From an uncultured Candidatus Saccharibacteria bacterium (GTDB lineage Bacteria; Patescibacteriota; Saccharimonadia; Saccharimonadales; Saccharimonadaceae): a DNA stretch of 64,000 bases. The stretch spans positions 2,213 through 66,212 of the forward strand of contig CAZFZV010000001.1 in assembly GCA_964523355.1 (NCBI GenBank), read 5' to 3'. Position numbers and translations under genes: made by a program. Shown one piece after another: positions 59,299 through 64,000 of the stretch (positions are counted from its first letter, which is position 1; each line of letters begins with the position of its first letter). The notes beneath the pieces were generated by a model. It ran no database searches. It was not told the DNA's origin and saw only the letters and a list, made by a program, of their open reading frames with translations.

Positions 59299-60287
59299 TA
59301 CTCCTCCAATTTCTCGATTACCCGCTGCATCGCGTCAACTACGGCATTCTCCTCACCATAAGTAATCTCGTCATTCTCATCGTACGCAAAGAAAATTGCC
59401 TGCGGCACGGAAAAACTTTGACTCATCGATTCTAGAGTATCCTTGTAGTCTGCGACAATCTCCGTACAATCCGCAGCAATACTATTGCCATCTAGCGCAC
59501 AGTTATTCGCATCCATTGCGATCTGCAAATCTTTCTTCTCTTGGACAAACTCATCGAACCGCTCCGCTACGGTCGCTATAGTATAGTTCTCACTTGTCAG
59601 ATAATCTTTGAGAGGATCGGTGTTCTCGGTTTTGTAAACAGTATACAGTATATTGTATAAGTCCACGGATTGTCTAAAGGCTCCGGCCTGCTTCGCTAGG
59701 GTGTCCTGTATTTTTTTCACATCGTCGCGCACCTCTGTATCAAGCTTGTCAGCATTGAACTTCGTAAGCTTATCTCGAAATTGAACGAACTGCTCAATAT
59801 TTTGATTAAGCATATCTCGTGTCTCGGGATTCATAATGTCATTGGTGGTTTTTTCGCGAAAATAGACGTCCTGGAAGAAAGACTCAATTTGACGTGTGGA
59901 GTTAAGATTCTGCTGGAATAGGGCTAAGATATCTTGATTATTGTTTTTGAACAAAAACGGCAGGGTTATTAATAGGACAAATAGACCCACTGCTCCAACA
60001 ATTAAGGCTATGATTAACGGTCTTCTATTGCTACGGGGTCTATTATTGACTACCACATCCCCCTCCCCACTGCCTACTGTCTGTATTGGGTGTAGGGGGT
60101 CTGTCGGCAAGGGAGCGTTCAGCGGCGTCGGAGGAGTGAGGTTGGCGGAGGAAATGATTTTATTGTTGGCGGTCGAATCTGGGGAGACTAGAGAATTTGT
60201 AGGGTGGGTGGGTGGCTGAACTGGAGTATCAAACGCGTCAGCGTTTCGCGCTCCGGCCGTGCCCAAAGAATCCTTACCTTCATCCAT
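59298..60287 (-). CDS. Single-pass membrane protein coupled to the VirB6-like gene
   Basis: Pro-rich N-terminus, one TM helix, helical ectodomain; TAATG overlap at 59298. Confidence 0.7.
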   Translation of the reverse strand: MDEGKDSLGTAGARNADAFDTPVQPPTHPTNSLVSPDSTANNKIISSANLTPPTPLNAPLPTDPLHPIQTVGSGEGDVVVNNRPRSNRRPLIIALIVGAVGLFVLLITLPFLFKNNNQDILALFQQNLNSTRQIESFFQDVYFREKTTNDIMNPETRDMLNQNIEQFVQFRDKLTKFNADKLDTEVRDDVKKIQDTLAKQAGAFRQSVDLYNILYTVYKTENTDPLKDYLTSENYTIATVAERFDEFVQEKKDLQIAMDANNCALDGNSIAADCTEIVADYKDTLESMSQSFSVPQAIFFAYDENDEITYGEENAVVDAMQRVIEKLEE

Positions 60288-60371
60288 ATTTATTATGTTA
60301 GCATAATCGGCATGTGATGACAAGTTGGGATTTTGTGAATGACGTGAGCGGAAAATGTTGTCGAGTTGATG

Positions 60372-60446
60372 CTAGAGTCTGCCACTGCATCCGCCGAGCA
60401 TGGGACAAGCCACTACCAATAACGCTACTATCTTTCTTCTCCGCAT
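60372..60446 (-). pseudogene. Truncated lipoprotein remnant (signal peptide only)
   Basis: MRRRKIVALLVVACPMLGGCSGRL-stop with GGAGGTGG RBS; closely resembles the N-terminus of the 54156 lipoprotein. Confidence 0.55.
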
Positions 60447-60538
60447 ATTACCACCTCCATTCTCTGCGGCATTGGTCTACAAGTTGCGTGAATCTTCTGG
60501 TAGCACGTAATGCTCCAGATTGAGTAATTTTTCCTCAT
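60428..60538 (-). CDS. 36-aa small ORF of unknown function
   Basis: MRKNYSIWSITCYQKIHATCRPMPQRMEVVICGEER after AAGGAGG. Confidence 0.35.
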   Translation of the reverse strand: MRKNYSIWSITCYQKIHATCRPMPQRMEVVICGEER

Positions 60539-60681
60539 TGCTTCTTATCCTCCTTCTTGTCAATGTACTTATTCCCAGTGGGTAGTCCTCCGATTTTACT
60601 ATGATTCCCTATTTTATGCAATTATAAGCGGTTTCAAGAGTATTTCATCCCTCTAATGGTACGAGCGTGAGTTATCATACA

Positions 60682-61112
60682 TGCTAGAATGAGACTGTGG
60701 ATAAAAATATCCATGGGGTCTGAAGCGGTTCACTGAGTTTTTACTCCAACTAGCGAATGCCCTCAATAATTGAAGATCGTGAAGTTACTCTCTAATCCTA
60801 GACAGGAAAGGGTCGAGAAAAGCTGCTTGGGCCTAGCTATGGCTAGTCACCACTTGAAGTAACTTCTTTAGTCTGAGCTTGCATCGGATAACGTTTTGGC
60901 TTTTGTCCGTAGCGGGGTTATCTATCCCAACAATGGTACGGCTGGCAACGTCGGCAACAACGGCAACTGGTGGGCGCGTACTGCTAAATCCGCTACCAAC
61001 GCCTATGATTTGGGCATGAATCCCTCCAATGTCAACTCAGAGTCAAATAATAACAACCGTTATCATGGTTTCTCCCTCCGCTGGAGGTTGCCGGTTGCGG
61101 TGCCGATCTTTG
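60682..61112 (+). ncRNA. DGR-template-like cassette 4
   Basis: TGCTAGAAT, GTGG at 60697, 199-nt leader, template 60896-61081 (LAFVRSGVIY...RYHGFSLR), 3' motif 61091-61112. Confidence 0.8.
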
Positions 61113-61132
61113 TTACTATGGATTCCAAAAAC

Positions 61133-61161
61133 ACAGAACCCCTCCTTGCGGGGGGTTCTGT
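61133..61161. terminator. Terminator between cassette 4 and the convergent surface-protein gene
   Basis: ACAGAACCCCT...GGGGGTTCTGT stem. Confidence 0.75.
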
Positions 61162-61197
61162 CTAAGTTGAGCGATCAAACAATGTGATTGCCCGCGC

Positions 61198-62598
61198 TTA
61201 GCGCAACTGGCGGCGGCTAGCAATGTAGTAGCCTGCAGCAGTTACGATTGAGCCAGTAGCGATGACGCCACCAACAATGGCTTCTGGACCAGTAGTCGGC
61301 AACTCTTTCGGAGTTTCCGGAGTCGGTTCTGGAGTTGGGGTTGGAGTTGGTTCATCCTTACAGTATTTGTTGAGCTTGACGCTCGCGCTGTCTTGGATGG
61401 TCTTCTGACCAACACCGGCTTGCGCCCAGTTGATCAAAGTGTTATCACCACAAGCAAGGTTCTCGTCTACAACTTCAGCAGTGAAGTAGATGTAGGCGTT
61501 CGCACCTGAAGCATAGTTACCGATACGAATACCGTTCGTGACGATAGAATCTTGAACAATCTTAGCACCATTCGGGTGGTTAGAGTTCTTGATAACGCTT
61601 GAGCCAACAACATATTTCAAGTTTGCTGGAAGGATATCTTTGATAGCAACGCCACTTTGGCTTTTGTCGCTAGTGTTCTCATAACCAATACGGAACTCTA
61701 CCTTATCGCCAACCTTAGCGTCGACTGACTCTTTCCAAGTGCGATCTTCGCTACCAGCGAGACGAACTTTCTTGTCGACAGTGTATTCGTAATCAAATAC
61801 AGCTTTCACCTGGATGGTGACATAGTTCGCATACTGGTAACAACCAGGTACGCGACCATCAAGAGCGTCGTAACCAATCATGGTACCACCACTCTTTGAC
61901 TTAACGATGTCATCGCTTAGGGTCAAACCGCCGAGACCAATGCTATTGTTCTCAAGCAAAGCGGAACCGTAAACGTACTCCAAGTGGAAAGGAACATCGT
62001 CTTCTTTTTTGCTATTAAAGTTGACGTAATCCCAGTACTCGGTTGGAGTAGCGTTTGATGAATCAATGAAACCATTGACCTTAACTTGCTTACCAACAGT
62101 GCTTGGAATGCTGAAGGAAACATGAGTGTTCTCAGCTACAGCATCAGTACCGTTCGGGTTATTGTTGTGGACATACATACGAATGATGTAGGTCTTACCA
62201 TCTTCAACTTCGATGTCGTTGTTGTTCCAGATGTTAGTTTTGTTATCGCCTTCACAGCGTTTGTCATCGCGGAGCACACATTCGCGCGCACCGACGAAGT
62301 TCTTTTCGCTGCCACCGATAGGTTCGCTATCAGAGATCGAGTTAAAGACAACTTTGCCTGGGTATTTAGGATCATTTTTACAGCTCTCATAGTCGGCAGA
62401 AGCTTTGTTACAAGTCTTGCCGAGAGCGCCACCGTTAATTTGTTCAACTGTGTAGCTTGAGCGACCATTCTTGCCGGTCTCTGGGTTGTAACCGAAGTTA
62501 TCACCCCAAGCCGAAACGAGCGTTGGCAACGCCGCTACACCCGCGATAGAGGCCGCAGTGGCCGCAACCGCAATTGTAGATTTAATTGCTGATTTCAT
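61198..62598 (-). CDS. Surface protein with DUF11-like domain and LPxTG-type anchor
   Basis: Signal peptide, KVGDKVEFRIGYEN...DILPANLKYV, PT/PE linker, LPTTG + TM + RR tail. Confidence 0.8.
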   Translation of the reverse strand: MKSAIKSTIAVAATAASIAGVAALPTLVSAWGDNFGYNPETGKNGRSSYTVEQINGGALGKTCNKASADYESCKNDPKYPGKVVFNSISDSEPIGGSEKNFVGARECVLRDDKRCEGDNKTNIWNNNDIEVEDGKTYIIRMYVHNNNPNGTDAVAENTHVSFSIPSTVGKQVKVNGFIDSSNATPTEYWDYVNFNSKKEDDVPFHLEYVYGSALLENNSIGLGGLTLSDDIVKSKSGGTMIGYDALDGRVPGCYQYANYVTIQVKAVFDYEYTVDKKVRLAGSEDRTWKESVDAKVGDKVEFRIGYENTSDKSQSGVAIKDILPANLKYVVGSSVIKNSNHPNGAKIVQDSIVTNGIRIGNYASGANAYIYFTAEVVDENLACGDNTLINWAQAGVGQKTIQDSASVKLNKYCKDEPTPTPTPEPTPETPKELPTTGPEAIVGGVIATGSIVTAAGYYIASRRQLR

Positions 62599-62721
62599 AA
62601 TAATCTCCTTTTCGTGGATTATGATACTTGATAAAATTAAAGATTATTTGTTTTCGCTTTAGCTTAAATTAATATCAGTTTGTTTTCTACTCCTGGTCCA
62701 TTTTGTTAAACTCCATAGTCC

Positions 62722-62771
62722 GCAATCGAATCATCTCAAACACAAGGCTTGGTATGTGGGTGGCGAAATAT
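62722..62771 (+). repeat. Left arm of an imperfect ~50-bp inverted repeat
   Basis: GCAATCGAATCATCTCAAACACAA...TGGTATGTG...GAAATAT; matches the reverse complement of 63219-63268. Confidence 0.65.
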
Positions 62772-62825
62772 AAGGCGCCACCCAGAAGAGTAATGTGCAT
62801 CTTCCCCTGGAGGGCATACTTAAAT

Positions 62826-63197
62826 TCAAATTTGAGTTTTCATCGCCAGATACATGACAATCTGTACTGTCATACTGTAGGCGATGTAAATTGTAGCCAA
62901 TCCGATACCGGCTCTGATTGCGAGTTGCAACATGGTGAAGTTTCCGCCAATCTTTTTGTGCCGGCGGTAAGAGTGGATGGTTGCTACCAAAAACGCAAAC
63001 GCCAAAATAGCGATTACGACGCGCGGCCAGACCAACGATGTCCTTTTCACCAGCCAAAGCGAGACGACTACGGATGCGACAATAAAGCCGTAGCGCTGCT
63101 TATCTGTCCACTCCCAGTGATTAGTCTTCAAGTCGTAGACCATCGCCCCCATAAAAACGAGCGGGGCCATTGTTAACAGTGCGAAAAACGTATTCAT
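62826..63197 (-). CDS. Small 4-TM membrane protein
   Basis: Four hydrophobic segments; AAGGAGGG RBS; start moved to ATG 63197. Confidence 0.7.
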   Translation of the reverse strand: MNTFFALLTMAPLVFMGAMVYDLKTNHWEWTDKQRYGFIVASVVVSLWLVKRTSLVWPRVVIAILAFAFLVATIHSYRRHKKIGGNFTMLQLAIRAGIGLATIYIAYSMTVQIVMYLAMKTQI

Positions 63198-63218
63198 AAT
63201 AAATCGCCCTCCTTTTTG

Positions 63219-63268
63219 ATATTTCAGACACATACCAGTTAAGGTTGTATCTGAGATGATTCGACTGC
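63219..63268 (-). repeat. Right arm of the imperfect inverted repeat (5' UTR of the 4-TM gene)
   Basis: GCAGTCGAATCATCTCAGATACAA...TGGTATGTG...GAAATAT on the minus strand. Confidence 0.65.
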
Positions 63269-63589
63269 TAATGGACCTCAGCCCAAACCGCTTTTGCCCG
63301 GTTTGTACCGACTGATTCCATTGTAGCACACATCATAGAAAAAGTCAAGTATTTTATCATAAAATAGCAATAGCGTAATGAAAGTAATTTTACCTCTGTT
63401 ATAATTGGTAATTCTGCGAAAGATGATTTTGGGAAAATAATTATGTATAGATATAAGCATAAGCTTGACGGGTGATATTTATTATTCTTATGTTTGTAAA
63501 ATATGGGATTTATAGATGGAAATTAGTTCCATATTATGGCAAGAGTGTCAATCTCAAGCAATTTCGTTAATTTATGGCAAAAAGAAATA

Positions 63590-63609
63590 CCCCGCAGCAA
63601 GCTGCGGGG
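63590..63609 (-). terminator. Hairpin downstream of the partial CDS
   Basis: CCCCGCAGC/GCTGCGGGG followed by a T-rich tract on the minus strand. Confidence 0.6.
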
Positions 63610-63670
63610 GTGTAGGACTGGGATGGGGGTTAATAGTTACAAATACAGGTTAACGGGAACAGGAATGGAA

Positions 63671-64000
63671 TTATTCTTCCGGCGGGATCTGGTTGTCATA
63701 CCCAAGGTCTTTAAGCCACTGATTCATGTAATCCAAGGAAACAAGCTGGTCGAGATTTTTAATCTCTCCCTGCAACATTTTTGGCTTCTCATCAATACCG
63801 TAGAGAGCAAGGCAATCAAATACATGCGCTATCGTTACTTTAGGCTTTTTAGCGGGGCCAGATTCTGCGGGCTTTTCATCCTTACCAGAAGACTGGTCGT
63901 CTGAGCCGGTTCCAGAAGGGTCTGCCTTTGTGCCTTTATCGCCTTTGGAATTGCCAGACGAATCCTGATGAGGATTCGTCTGCTGGTCAGCAGACTTGAG
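63671..64000 (-). CDS. 3' end of a hypothetical protein entering from the window edge
   Basis: Open frame LKSADQQ...low-complexity S/G/D/K linker...YDNQIPPEE-TAA. Confidence 0.7.
   Translation of the reverse strand, partial: LKSADQQTNPHQDSSGNSKGDKGTKADPSGTGSDDQSSGKDEKPAESGPAKKPKVTIAHVFDCLALYGIDEKPKMLQGEIKNLDQLVSLDYMNQWLKDLGYDNQIPPEE

Noticed and set aside
60428-60538. 36-aa ORF as an AgrD-like autoinducer peptide
   Set aside because: It contains Cys residues but lacks a convincing AgrD layout, and there is no agrB or sensor kinase nearby.
30768-61112. Cassettes as a CRISPR array or as VR/TR pairs of each other
   Set aside because: No regular repeat-spacer period and no cas genes. Pairwise differences include non-adenine changes and indels, and none is at the end of a long ORF.
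61315-61355. Short nucleotide repeats in the surface-protein gene
   Set aside because: They encode an ordinary PTPTPTPEPTPE linker.
1-64000. Reverse transcriptase, Avd, integrase/transposase, rRNA or alternative genetic code
   Set aside because: No RT-like (Y/F)xDD domain context, transposase or rRNA was recognised. TGA terminates conserved genes normally.

Overview
Most likely a chromosome segment of a host-associated Saccharibacteria (TM7, Patescibacteria/CPR) genome using standard code 11. This is inferred from the PilB-type ATPase, minor-pilin operon, VirB6-like membrane protein, LPxTG-tailed DUF11 surface protein, XRE-MurA fusion and many apparently leaderless genes. The housekeeping core (pepN, murB, folD, lepA, tilS, galU, murA, recA, recX, gpmI, ruvB, four tRNAs) is interrupted by a restriction-modification-like defence island next to tRNA-Arg(TCG), a TetR-MMPL module, an agmatine deiminase operon without carbamate kinase, and small AT-rich foreign-looking inserts. 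The standout signal is four dispersed cassettes (about 30.8, 52.5, 53.0 and 60.7 kb) that look like stand-alone template RNAs of a diversity-generating retroelement (DGR). Each has its own extended -10 promoter, a predicted start at GTGG, an AAC-rich 60-62 codon template matching the C-terminus of a FISUMP/C-type-lectin domain, near-identical end anchors and a conserved 3' motif. Three also carry a ~200-nt leader whose structure covaries and base-pairs with the 3' motif across the template. The four templates differ from each other, and no reverse transcriptase, Avd or target gene is in the window, suggesting a trans-acting multi-template diversification system.
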